Shown in pieces: positions 28,512 to 38,575 of a stretch of 44,281 bases of DNA. The notes beneath the pieces were generated by a model. It was given only the letters and a program-made list of their open reading frames with translations, ran no database searches and was not told the DNA's origin. The stretch is taken from contig CALVJT010000018.1 in assembly GCA_944332315.1 (NCBI GenBank), positions 1 through 44,281 on the forward strand. Reading direction: 5' to 3'. A program made the position numbers and the translations under genes. How positions within the stretch are numbered: the first letter of the stretch is position 1; every line of letters starts with the position of its first letter. This DNA comes from an uncultured Clostridia bacterium. Its GTDB lineage: Bacteria; Bacillota; Clostridia; Christensenellales; UBA1242.

Positions 28512-30374
28512 CTATTTTTGAATCTTTTTTAGATATATTAACAACACCGAGATATCTGCGGGATTAACCCCACTAATTCTACTTGCTTGCCCTATTGTGA
28601 GCGGTTTTATTTTGTTTAATTTTTGCCTTGCCTCAATTCTTAAGCCATCTATATTCATATAATCTAAATTGGCATCCAATTTTTGATTTTCCGCGCGGTT
28701 GAGTTCTTTTATTTGCAACCACTGCCTTTTAAGGTACCCTTCGTACTTCACTTCAACATTAATTTCGCTCAACACTACGCTTGAAAATTCATCAAATAAA
28801 TGTAGGCATTCGTTAAGATTAAATATATCCACATTAGAGCGTTTCAAAAGATTTATAACTTTTGTGCTTTGTTCTATCGGCGATTCGTTTATCGATTGCA
28901 AAAACTCGTTTACTTGATTTGGTTTTACTGTTTTATCTAACAGCGCTCTTGCCCGCTCTAGTGCCTGCACTTTATCTTGATATATTTTGTACTGCTCATC
29001 TCCAACTAGCCCAACTTTTCTACCATACTCGGTCAAACGCAAATCGCAATTATCCTGCCTTAGCTGTAGCCTAAACTCTGCGCGCGAGGTCATCATTCTA
29101 TAAGGCTCGTTGGTACCTTTAGTAACCAAATCATCAATTAAAACGCCAATATAACTTTCCGAGCGCTTGAGCACAAGCGGTTCGCGCCCTTGCAACTTCA
29201 TAGCGCAGTTGATGCCCGCAAGCAAACCTTGCGCGCCCGCCTCCTCGTAGCCTGAAGTGCCGTTTATTTGCCCAGCAAAGTACAACCCCTCGATAGCCTT
29301 ACTTTCAAGTGTGGGCTTTAGCACAGTGCTATCTATGCAATCGTACTCAATGGCGTAGCCATCGCGCATAATAAAGGCGCGCTCCAGCCCCTGCATAGAT
29401 TGCACGGTGCGCTTTTGTATATCCATAGGTAGCGATGTGCCAAAGCCTTGCAAATACCATTCATTTGTGCTAGCGCTTTCGGGCTCCAAAAACAGTTGAT
29501 GGCGCTCTTTATCGCTAAATCGCATAACCTTATCCTCAATAGATGGGCAGTAGCGCGCACCCACGCCATTTATAGAGCCGTTATAGAGTGGTGCCCTATC
29601 GATGTTATCGCGTATAATTTTGTGCGATTGCTCGTTTGTATATACAAGGTAGCACGGGCGGATGTTTGGCAGTTTATTTTTTGTCAAAACCGAAAATGTT
29701 TGAATATTTTCATCCCCATACTGCACTTCAAGTTTATCAAAATCTATGGTGCGCGCATCAATGCGTGGTGGAGTGCCTGTCTTAAATCGGCGCAATTCAA
29801 AGCCAAGTTTTTTTAGCGAATCGCTCAAAAAACTTGCTTGCTTAAATCCACTCGGTCCAATTTCTTGAATATAATCGCCCGTTATGATGCGCGCCTTTAA
29901 GTACACCCCTGTGCACACTACAATGGCACTGCAAGCAAATGTTTCGCCCGAAGCCAATTCAAGCCCCACTACTTTGCCGTTTTCGACAAGTATTTGTTTT
30001 GCTTCGCCTTGTTTTAGATATAGATTATCTTGCATTTCAAGTGTGTACTTAGTTAGCTTGTGATACTCCACTTTATCTACTTGCGCGCGCAAGCTGTGCA
30101 CCGCTGGCCCCTTGCCCACATTTAGCATTTTTATTTGTAGCATAGTTTGATCGGCAGTGCGCCCCATCTGCCCACCGAGTGCATCCATCTCGCACACCAA
30201 GTGCCCCTTTGCAGAGCCCCCAATGCTAGGGTTGCAAGCCAAAAAGCCCACCGCCTCAAGATTAATTGATAGCACAAGCGTTTTTACATTTAATCGTGCA
30301 AGCGCTAAACCTGCCTCACTGCCCGCGTGCCCTGCACCTATAACTATGGCATCAAATTTTTCGTAATTTTCCAT
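28512..30374 (-). CDS. mnmG: tRNA uridine-5-carboxymethylaminomethyl(34) synthesis enzyme
   Basis: IGAGHAG, CNPSIGG, KGPAV, RFKTGTPPR, RYCPSIEDK, AGQINGTSGYEEA, MMTSRAEFRL; ATG 30374 chosen by homology and SD. Confidence 0.97.
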   Translation of the reverse strand: MENYEKFDAIVIGAGHAGSEAGLALARLNVKTLVLSINLEAVGFLACNPSIGGSAKGHLVCEMDALGGQMGRTADQTMLQIKMLNVGKGPAVHSLRAQVDKVEYHKLTKYTLEMQDNLYLKQGEAKQILVENGKVVGLELASGETFACSAIVVCTGVYLKARIITGDYIQEIGPSGFKQASFLSDSLKKLGFELRRFKTGTPPRIDARTIDFDKLEVQYGDENIQTFSVLTKNKLPNIRPCYLVYTNEQSHKIIRDNIDRAPLYNGSINGVGARYCPSIEDKVMRFSDKERHQLFLEPESASTNEWYLQGFGTSLPMDIQKRTVQSMQGLERAFIMRDGYAIEYDCIDSTVLKPTLESKAIEGLYFAGQINGTSGYEEAGAQGLLAGINCAMKLQGREPLVLKRSESYIGVLIDDLVTKGTNEPYRMMTSRAEFRLQLRQDNCDLRLTEYGRKVGLVGDEQYKIYQDKVQALERARALLDKTVKPNQVNEFLQSINESPIEQSTKVINLLKRSNVDIFNLNECLHLFDEFSSVVLSEINVEVKYEGYLKRQWLQIKELNRAENQKLDANLDYMNIDGLRIEARQKLNKIKPLTIGQASRISGVNPADISVLLIYLKKIQK

Positions 30375-30636
30375 ACTTTTATCCTTAATATATTCTAAAT
30401 AATTATGTACTATAAGTTTTAATTTTATCAAAAATGTGTTAAATATATTTTTTAAGCACTCCAAGGAGTATTTATATTTTTGACTCTATAATCAACAGAT
30501 GTTATTAATTTAACTTTACCTATTGTTTACAAATATTTACCAACACTTTTCATAGAATCTTTGTTTATATGCCAACATGTAGGCTTATTTCACATATAAA
30601 ATAAAACACTTATTTAAGCTCCATTTGCTTTTACAT

Positions 30637-30669
30637 AAAAACTACCGCAAGTTGAGCGGTAGATTTTTT
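30637..30669. terminator. Intrinsic terminator
   Basis: AAAAACTACCGC-AAGTTGA-GCGGTAGATTTTTT. Confidence 0.7.
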
Positions 30670-30865
30670 GCCTAAACACCAGCAAAATTTTATTGCTTTA
30701 TCTACAAAATATTTGCTAATTTTTATTGATTGCAAATAAAGTTTAGCTTTTTGCAGATTATTTGTAAAAAATTTGCACTAAACATTTTTAACATATGCTT
30801 TATTTTTTATGCACAATTATAAAGTTGCGTAAATTGTTTATACGCAAAATTCTTTATAAATGCAA

Positions 30866-31294
30866 TCATCGGCAAAGTTTTACTATAAATACTATCAGCG
30901 AAATTAGACATATCAACGCGTACACCGCAGTAACTATGATGCCAAATATGCTTGTAAATTCAACTTTTGCCTCATCCGTCCCATAGGAAACAGTAAAAGC
31001 ATTATCCACATTTAGCGTGCTCAAAAAACTAATAGGAGTATTTTCCAGCCCGCCAAGGATAATTTTGCCATCCTCAAATTTGTAGGTGACATCTCCTATT
31101 TCCTCTCCATCATACGATACTGTACATTCATCGCCAAAATGGAATGTCATTTCCACACTGTGCTCGCCATAAATAGGTATATCAAAAGTAGTGGTATACG
31201 GCCCTATGTTGTACACAAATAGCGGAAAGAAAAATGTTATTACAAGTAGCGCTGCACTTGCTATAAACAAAATAAAACTCAAAATTTTACCCAT
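30866..31294 (-). CDS. Hypothetical membrane protein (N- and C-terminal TM helices around a small beta-rich domain)
   Basis: SD AAGGAG before ATG 31294 (MGKILSF); hydrophobic termini. Confidence 0.7.
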   Translation of the reverse strand: MGKILSFILFIASAALLVITFFFPLFVYNIGPYTTTFDIPIYGEHSVEMTFHFGDECTVSYDGEEIGDVTYKFEDGKIILGGLENTPISFLSTLNVDNAFTVSYGTDEAKVEFTSIFGIIVTAVYALICLISLIVFIVKLCR

Positions 31295-31455
31295 AGTACT
31301 TCTCCTTTGAGTAAAGTATAGCACAATGCGATAATTAAATCAATACATTTTGCAAACTTTAATATGTATTAAATGTTAATAAATAATCATATAAAAACTA
31401 ATAAAACATTAACTTTTTATTTGTTAAAAATCTTATAAATTTTAAGAATTGTTTA

Positions 31456-32078
31456 TTACCTTATAAAATTAGTTTTTATTGTAGATGCTGCATTAGGCAC
31501 TGGCACGCCATGTGTTTTGCCAAGTTCATACACTTTAGCATCCAAGCCATATTTTTGCCTAAATTATACATAGTTTGCAAACCTTCTTTATCCTGCAAAA
31601 CCTGCTCTGGTGCATTGCCGTGCACCATATTCCAATAGGTAGAAGCAACCATGGGCATTTGACATATGCCCGCATATTTGTTTAGCACATCATAACTAGC
31701 AGTTGTACCTGCGCGCCTTGCTGTAACAACGCTTGCAAAGGGCTTGTGTGCAAAATTTATACCGCCCGCATAAAACACCCTATCTAAAACCGAAAGTATT
31801 CTGTCACTGGGGTGCGCATAATAAACAGGTGCCCCCACAATAAAACCATCGGCATCTTTGGCGTTTTCTATCCATTCATTAGCAACATCGTCATCAAACA
31901 CGCACTTGTGCGAATTTACGCACCCACCGCAAGCAATGCAATCGCGTATAGGCTTTGCTCCAATATCCAAAATTTGAGTTTCCACACCTTCCTCGTTCAA
32001 TGACTTTGCAACATAACTCAATGCGGTATATGTGCAACCATTGGGTCTAAAACTTCCATTAAATAATAGTACTTTTAT
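31456..32078 (-). pseudogene. Flavodoxin-family (iron-sulfur flavoprotein / FMN reductase-like) gene with an ATA start and a 3' frameshift
   Basis: SD AGGAGG, then ATA-KVLLFNGS...NGCTYTAL; CIACGGC...C and GAPVYY motifs. A 1-nt deletion near 31528 diverts the frame; the alternative frame ends GVPVP...TNFIR*. Confidence 0.75.
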
Positions 32079-32087
32079 AACAGCCTC

Positions 32088-32654
32088 CTAATTTACATCA
32101 AAGGGCGCGCCGTGCCCTGAATATATGTGTTTTATATTTTTTAGGTTCTTTATTTTATCTAGCGTTTCAAAAGTTTGCTCTCGGTTACCCGTTGGTAAAT
32201 CGTAGCGCCCATAGCCATTTTCAAACACTGCATCTCCGCAAAATAAGCAATCATTTATAATTAAGCCGATGCTACAATCGGTATGTCCAAACAAATTTAT
32301 AAAACTGTGTGACTCATTTAGTCCATCAATTTTGCAGTTTTCATCCACAAACACCACTCTATCGCGCGCGATATCTCTTAAGTTAGTTGCCCCAAACAAA
32401 TTTGCAACTGTTTGCGCGGTATCGCTGTGCTTTTCGTACGCCCTTTTAGACATATATACGCGCGCTTTCGGAAATTTAGTAAGATAATCTACTAAATATA
32501 TAAGGTGGTCATAGTGCGCGTGCGTAAGAACTATTGCCTGAATATCGCACTGCGGAAGCTCCGATATACTTGCCCCCGCATCCACTAAAATATTTATGTT
32601 TGAATTTATTAAATATACATTGCAATATTCGCCCAAAATAGTTTCAACTTGCAT
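32088..32654 (-). CDS. MBL-fold metallo-hydrolase (glyoxalase II-like)
   Basis: LVDAG, THAHYDH, GHTDCS, FCGD, GRYDLPTG, YSGHG. Confidence 0.92.
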   Translation of the reverse strand: MQVETILGEYCNVYLINSNINILVDAGASISELPQCDIQAIVLTHAHYDHLIYLVDYLTKFPKARVYMSKRAYEKHSDTAQTVANLFGATNLRDIARDRVVFVDENCKIDGLNESHSFINLFGHTDCSIGLIINDCLFCGDAVFENGYGRYDLPTGNREQTFETLDKIKNLKNIKHIYSGHGAPFDVN

Positions 32655-32772
32655 AAATACTCCACAAAATGTAAATCAATTTACACTAAAAATTAATATG
32701 GCAGATGCTAAAAATGATTAATATTTTTATGACTCTATTTTATTCATGGGAGTCAATTAAGCAGAAGTAGCT

Positions 32773-32806
32773 TAACTTGCTATACCCCCATTTATAAAAT
32801 AACCTA
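32773..32806 (-). repeat. Partial third copy of the dispersed repeat
   Basis: TAACTTGCTATACCCCCATTTATAAAATAACCTA versus TAACTCACTATACCCCCATTAATAATAAAGAACCTA at ~24673-24708. Confidence 0.55.
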
Positions 32807-32969
32807 TTTTATTAACATTTTTCTCTTTTAACAATTTCAATAAAATTAGATATAATCTATTAAAAATGCAGTTAAACTAAATAATTTAAGTAGTTAAACT
32901 GCAAAAATACTACTGGTTGTAGTTTTTTATAATTTAGTGCTAAACTCCAAAATTTGAGTATATTTTTTA

Positions 32970-33935
32970 TCAATAAAGGTCGCAAAATTCGCACTTTGTA
33001 CTTCTTAAAAAGAGATTGTCAAATTCAACCTTTAAGTCCTTATGATTAAATATTATGTTATATAGTGCGCTTGTTATAGGCATTGTTATGCCGTGCTCGC
33101 TTGCAAGCTTCATTATACCTTTTATGTTGCCTACGCCTTCGGCAGATTTACCAAAAGTTTCGCCCTTTACATACTGCTCGCCCCACATACGGTTGTGCGA
33201 ATACGGCGAAAATAATGTTGCCTCAAAATCGCCCAAGTGACTCAAGCCATAAGCAGTCATCACCTTGCCACCCATTGCTTGCGTGAGTTTTGCTATCTCG
33301 TATGTCCCGCGCGACATCAAAGCGCCCTTTAGGCAGGACATACCAATGCCATCCAGCATACCCGCTGCTATGCCCAGCACATTTTTGCCCGCCGAGCCTA
33401 TCTCGCCCCCAATAATATCATCTCCAATATAAAATCTAATTAGTGGTGAGGCAAATTTTTCGACAAGCTCTTTTGCAAGGTCCATATTGTACGCGTGTAT
33501 TATCATACAGTTAGGTGTGCCGTTTACAAAATTTTGCACATGCCCTGGTCCCACCCAAAGCGCAATGTTATTTTTATCTACGCCATGCTCTATCATAATT
33601 TCGCTGACGCGCTTACCTGTATCGGACTCAATGCCCTTCATACAAAGCACAAAGTTTTTACCACGCAAATCGTAGTTTTGCAGTGTCTGCATAAGGTTTG
33701 TAAGTTCCTGCGTCAAAATAGATATCACAATTGTATCGCAATCAAGCGCCTCATCAAGCTTACTTGTCAATTTTATATTGTCCTTTAAGGTCAAGTACTC
33801 GTTTTTGCCCGTATCCATCAAAGTTTTTAGATGTTGCGAATTCTCGCGCCCCCACAATGTTACATCGTGCATATCCGCCAAATACCACGCCAAAAATGTC
33901 CCCCATCTGCCACAGCCAAGCACACTCAATTTCAT
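32970..33935 (-). CDS. gpsA: NAD(P)H-dependent glycerol-3-phosphate dehydrogenase
   Basis: GCGRWGT Rossmann motif, MKGIE, GPGH, KNVLGIAAG, GLSHLGD, SHNR, AEG. Confidence 0.92.
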   Translation of the reverse strand: MKLSVLGCGRWGTFLAWYLADMHDVTLWGRENSQHLKTLMDTGKNEYLTLKDNIKLTSKLDEALDCDTIVISILTQELTNLMQTLQNYDLRGKNFVLCMKGIESDTGKRVSEIMIEHGVDKNNIALWVGPGHVQNFVNGTPNCMIIHAYNMDLAKELVEKFASPLIRFYIGDDIIGGEIGSAGKNVLGIAAGMLDGIGMSCLKGALMSRGTYEIAKLTQAMGGKVMTAYGLSHLGDFEATLFSPYSHNRMWGEQYVKGETFGKSAEGVGNIKGIMKLASEHGITMPITSALYNIIFNHKDLKVEFDNLFLRSTKCEFCDLY

Positions 33936-33940
33936 AATTC

Positions 33941-34432
33941 CTACTCCTTATTTTCCCCGATACTGCCAAACACTTGCTTTATAAATTCTAGTTGTTTATA
34001 GTAAATTTCATACCCAATTTGCGTAGAGTTTTTTAAGCACTCAATATAACTTTTACAAAACTTTAGTTTATCTATGTATTCATCTCGCAAAGCCTCATCC
34101 ACCATATCGTTCAAAATGTCAACAAAAGTACTATCATTCTGACTGAGCAGTTTTGCACTATGTAGCAAATCTTTTTCTAGTCGTTCAAAGTGATTGGAAT
34201 CAAGCAATAAAGGTTGCCTTTGCTGTTGCTTTTCATCATTCTTTTGAGATATCTTTTTTATTTTTGCCAAGCGTTTATCTAACTTTTTAGCTAGTTTTGC
34301 ATCCGAAATATTTTGCTTATCTTGTAAATTTGCATCTATTTTTGTAAGCAATTCGCTAAGTACCTTTATTCTTGCCTCGAACTTTGCGCACAAATCTCTT
34401 AAAATGACCTGCGCCTCATCACTGTTTAGCAT
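33941..34432 (-). CDS. Hypothetical helical protein
   Basis: 163 aa ORF ending 5 nt before gpsA; upstream TTGACA-N17-TATATT (34451-34479) and SD AGGAG. Confidence 0.7.
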   Translation of the reverse strand: MLNSDEAQVILRDLCAKFEARIKVLSELLTKIDANLQDKQNISDAKLAKKLDKRLAKIKKISQKNDEKQQQRQPLLLDSNHFERLEKDLLHSAKLLSQNDSTFVDILNDMVDEALRDEYIDKLKFCKSYIECLKNSTQIGYEIYYKQLEFIKQVFGSIGENKE

Positions 34433-34633
34433 ATCTTTCTCCTATTTAGTAATATAACAAATAAAAGCTCTTTTGTCAAGCAAATGCAGTTGCGCGCGTA
34501 TATTGCTAAATTAACTATAATAAAAAAACATAATAATTTAATCTTACACTTTCACACAAGCGTGAGCGAACAAAAAAAATAACAAAACAAAACAATAAGA
34601 ATAAAATTGCACTATTTTGTCCAATATATAAAT

Positions 34634-35122
34634 ATGATATCAACTCGAAAAAAATATTTATTTTTAGCAATGGTCATACTATTGACAAGCCTACTACTAT
34701 TAATTCCGCGCTATAACTACGCAATTTTATCCTATATAAAGGATGGTAGTACAGTTAGCATCTACACAACATCGCGCGTGGCAAACACTCCACAATTTGT
34801 AACACAAACAAGTCTAGGCTCGGGCGCCGTACTCGAATGCCCTAGCACAGTTGCTAAAAGCGTTGTGCAAAGCCTTGATAATATTGCGGGCATCAGTTTT
34901 TGCTTTGAGGGTGGCTCAAACGACATAGAGGAATTTTTAGATAAAGTGGATGCAGTAGTGCTGTGCATTGAAGATGTAGAAAACAATTTACAAACACTAC
35001 TCGCCTATTCCCCTAAATTGCAAAACAGCATTAAACTAGATAGCAAAACTGTAAACTTACAAATTGCAAAACACGGTAGCACTATAACAATAGGCTCACC
35101 CATAATACTAGGTGCATATTAA
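34634..35122 (+). CDS. YwmB-family (TATA-box-binding-like fold) protein with an N-terminal TM
   Basis: C-terminal YSPKL...NLQIA...ITIGSPIILGAY matches the YwmB signature; start uncertain. Confidence 0.7.
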   Translation: MISTRKKYLFLAMVILLTSLLLLIPRYNYAILSYIKDGSTVSIYTTSRVANTPQFVTQTSLGSGAVLECPSTVAKSVVQSLDNIAGISFCFEGGSNDIEEFLDKVDAVVLCIEDVENNLQTLLAYSPKLQNSIKLDSKTVNLQIAKHGSTITIGSPIILGAY

Positions 35123-35235
35123 TACTAATTTTGGGTATTAAAGTTTATAATGTTGGTGGTTAATATTCTAAATGATAGATGAATCCTAAATCAATACCCC
35201 AACATTGATTATAGAATCTTAATTTTAATATTATA

Positions 35236-35264
35236 AAAAACTCTATCACTAAAATAGAGTTTTT
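35236..35264. terminator. Bidirectional terminator between the ywmB-like gene and rmuC
   Basis: AAAAACTCTAT-CACTAAA-ATAGAGTTTTT. Confidence 0.8.
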
Positions 35265-35311
35265 GTTTTATTAGATAGATACATTTAATTATATATTAAA
35301 TTGTATGTAAT

Positions 35312-36670
35312 TTATTCCTCAATATCATCACTATCAAAGAGTGTTGGTTGTTCAATTTCCACGATAGGAGTGCCATCTATAACCGTTACAGTATCCAATT
35401 TTTTCTGTATTTTTTTAGATTTTTTAGTTGCGTCCTCGATAGTAGTAGAGGCTTCGTCCAATTTCTTTTGCGTTTTAGCAAGCAATTCTACAAACTTGAC
35501 AAATTCGGTTTTGAATGTAGAAAGCAATGCCCACACTTCGCTGGAGCGCTTTTCAATAGCCACGCTCTTAAAGCCCATTTGCAAACTGTTTATCAAAGCC
35601 GATAGTGTAGTTGGCCCGCACACAATTATATGGTACTCGTTTTGTAGCAGTTCAAGTAGCCCTGCATTTTTTACAACCTCGGCATACAGCCCTTCTAGCG
35701 CAAGATACATAACAGCAAAGTCGGTTGTAATAGGAGGTTCGATATATTTTTCCTGTATTTTTTTTGCTTCCTCTTTAATGCGCTTTTCAAGCGCTTTTTG
35801 TGCTTTATCCACCTCATCCTTATCGCCGTTTTGGCTGAGCTCGACAAGCCTTTGGTAGTCCTCAAGCGGGAACTTAGCATCTATAGGCAATAGCACTATT
35901 TCGTTATCGCCCTTACCAGGCAATTTTACAACATAGTCTACCGCCTCTCTCGAGCCCGCCTTTATTTGCACTTGCCCAGCAAACTGCGAGGATGCCAGCA
36001 TTTGCTCGAGGATATTGCCAAGTTGCACCTCGCCCCACACTCCGCGCACTTTTATGTTGCTTAAAGTGTGACGCAAGTCCTCTACGCCTGTGGCAAGGCT
36101 TTGCATCTCGCCAAGGCCTTTATGCACTTTTTCAAGCCTATCCGATATTATGGCAAAACTTTCGTTCAAGCGCTTTTCTAGCGAAGCATTGAGTTTTTCA
36201 TCTACGGTTTCGCGCATTTTATCGAGTTTTTCGTTATTATCTAGGTTAATTTTATTCAAGCTTTGGCGCACACCGACATCTAGGTTTTGCATACGCTGTT
36301 CGGTATTATTCAAAAGCACTATAAGGCGATTTTCCACCCTTTGAATGCTTTCCATTTGATTACTTTGGTAGTTGCGTATATTTTCGTTGTTCTCGCGCCT
36401 AAGGTCGTTTATTTGTTTCAGCAAGCTATCATTGTTTGCGTCTACAATTTTAGGCAGTTCCTCAGCGCGCCTTTCAAGATTATCGGTTATAAGCCTAATT
36501 TGCCCGAACTGACGGTCGCTTATTTTTTGAATATCGTCTATATCCGCACCACCCGCGCCTCCGCGAGTTTTTCGGAAAATTAGTACCAGCAACAGCACAA
36601 TTGCTATTGCCACCGCACCTAGAATCATCCAACCTAGTGTTGTAAGACTTATACAGATGTTAGATATCAT
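35312..36670 (-). CDS. rmuC: DNA recombination protein RmuC
   Basis: N-terminal TM, coiled coil, RGVWGEVQL, PIDAKFPLEDY, YIEPPITTDFAVMYL, GPTTLSALINSLQMGF. Confidence 0.96.
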   Translation of the reverse strand: MISNICISLTTLGWMILGAVAIAIVLLLVLIFRKTRGGAGGADIDDIQKISDRQFGQIRLITDNLERRAEELPKIVDANNDSLLKQINDLRRENNENIRNYQSNQMESIQRVENRLIVLLNNTEQRMQNLDVGVRQSLNKINLDNNEKLDKMRETVDEKLNASLEKRLNESFAIISDRLEKVHKGLGEMQSLATGVEDLRHTLSNIKVRGVWGEVQLGNILEQMLASSQFAGQVQIKAGSREAVDYVVKLPGKGDNEIVLLPIDAKFPLEDYQRLVELSQNGDKDEVDKAQKALEKRIKEEAKKIQEKYIEPPITTDFAVMYLALEGLYAEVVKNAGLLELLQNEYHIIVCGPTTLSALINSLQMGFKSVAIEKRSSEVWALLSTFKTEFVKFVELLAKTQKKLDEASTTIEDATKKSKKIQKKLDTVTVIDGTPIVEIEQPTLFDSDDIEE

Positions 36671-38031
36671 AATTTATCGTCTCCATCCTTGTTGACAATT
36701 TTTTCTAGTTCATTTAGCAAAAACTCTTTATCGTTGTTGCGGTTGCGTGTGGCAATTATCAGTGCACAATCAAGCATCGTGTTTATTTGATTTGGTGGTA
36801 GGTCTGGAAAGCGCGTAAGCAAATCTACAGGTTTTAGGTTGAGCTCATCAAAACTGCGCGGAATGTTGTTGGCTTCCATCAATTTATCGGTGATAGCAAG
36901 CCTTGCCAATTGCTCATCACTCATATTTTTTGTAAGGTGTGCGCGACTAATTACAATATCCGCTAAAAACGGATAAAAAAGTTGCACATAGTTCATATAA
37001 AGGCTTTTATCGTACATTTTGTTCAATGTAACTAGTCCATCCACAACCACCCTGTACTTTACTGCGATATTGCGCGGTAACATAAGCCCCTGCACACTCA
37101 ACATATCAAAGTAAAACTCTGGCGGAGTTTCGGTATGCGTTACGGCCTCGTAGCCCTGCGCAAGAGCGTAGATAAGGCACGCTACAACATCGTAATCAGC
37201 AAGACCAGCGTAGTCCTCTATCTGTACAACATCATAAAATGCATCCATATCTAGGTAGCTTTCAAGTGCAGTAAACACATTTGTAAGAATATCCAACTCA
37301 AACAGCCCCCTACAAAAATCATAGCCCGAAAATCTTTCATTCAACTTTTTATCCATTATGGATTGGTTGTAATTAAACACTTCGCGCATCTCTTTTGCCA
37401 CTCTTTCGTGCGCTATCTCATCAAGGAGTGGCGCGCGCAATTTGGCTTTGTTGTAGGTGGTGCGGGCTATTTTAAGGTCCTTTGTGTAAGCCAAGCGGAG
37501 CATACGCATTATTCTCAAACCATCGCTATCAAACACTTCCGAATTTATCAGCCTTAAAGTGTGATTTAGGCAATCATCTATGCCGTGGAACGGGTCGATA
37601 AACTCTTTAGTTTTTAGGCTATAGTATATGCTATTCACCGTAAAATCGCGCCTTTGCGCATCCACCTCTATCTCGCTTACAAACTCCACTTCGCTGGGGC
37701 TATGGCCATAGTCGTAGCGCTCCTTTCGTAGGGTAGTGTACTCAAAATGCACAGTACTGTTGCGCGTGCTTATTTTGTAGGTGCCAAGGCGCTTGTTGAT
37801 TAGCGTCCACTTAAAGCCCGAACCCTTTAGCAATTCCTCTACCTCATCAGGAGTTGCGCTGGAACAAAGGTCAATATCTGTGTTTTTTATGTTCAAAAAA
37901 GCATCGCGCAAGTATCCGCCCACTATAAAAAGTTCAAAGCCTTTATCCTCGAACAGTTTATTTAATGTGAGTAGGTCCTTAGGTATTTTTATTTTAAGTT
38001 TTCTTGCTTCTATCAAATTCTCGTTCATCAT
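36667..38031 (-). CDS. CCA-adding tRNA nucleotidyltransferase / poly(A) polymerase family
   Basis: VGGYLRD, DIDL, TTLRKE, DAQRRDFTVNSI, LRIMR motifs; 4-nt overlap with rmuC. Confidence 0.9.
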   Translation of the reverse strand: MMNENLIEARKLKIKIPKDLLTLNKLFEDKGFELFIVGGYLRDAFLNIKNTDIDLCSSATPDEVEELLKGSGFKWTLINKRLGTYKISTRNSTVHFEYTTLRKERYDYGHSPSEVEFVSEIEVDAQRRDFTVNSIYYSLKTKEFIDPFHGIDDCLNHTLRLINSEVFDSDGLRIMRMLRLAYTKDLKIARTTYNKAKLRAPLLDEIAHERVAKEMREVFNYNQSIMDKKLNERFSGYDFCRGLFELDILTNVFTALESYLDMDAFYDVVQIEDYAGLADYDVVACLIYALAQGYEAVTHTETPPEFYFDMLSVQGLMLPRNIAVKYRVVVDGLVTLNKMYDKSLYMNYVQLFYPFLADIVISRAHLTKNMSDEQLARLAITDKLMEANNIPRSFDELNLKPVDLLTRFPDLPPNQINTMLDCALIIATRNRNNDKEFLLNELEKIVNKDGDDKL

Positions 38032-38538
38032 TCGTCCTTTAATGTATAGTATTATATCAAATACATCAAATATTAACAAGCAAATTTAATTAAAACTTTA
38101 TCTTTGCACTAGCCCAAATAAAAAATTTAACAGTCAAACATTTAATATATTTATAAATCTTTACAAATTTTGGCAAAAACTTATCAGGCGTTGACAAAAA
38201 ATTACAATTATATAAATTTTTATATACGCTATGCCCACCCTTTACCCAAACAACCCACCAATTATTTATAAAAGATTTTATTATTATTTTTATGTTTTAT
38301 TTGCTTATTTATAGAATTTTTAAGTTATATATCTATTTTTGCTATATTATGTGTATTTTTTTGCATATTATGGTGTATTTTTTAATTATAAAGCAGTTTA
38401 CTTATTATATTCTCGCCATACCACATAAAATCTATATTTAATTGTGCACCATGAAAAAGCAAAGAATCTATAGTCAACGGTGACGATTCAGTTAAGTTTT
38501 AGTATACCCCATCATATCACATAAAATCAAACAATAAA

Positions 38539-38571
38539 AAAAGAGTTACCTATTAATAAAGCAACTCTTTA
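38539..38571. terminator. Intrinsic terminator after the MBG lipoprotein gene
   Basis: AAAAGAGTT...AACTCTTTT. Confidence 0.55.
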
Positions 38572-38575
38572 ATAA

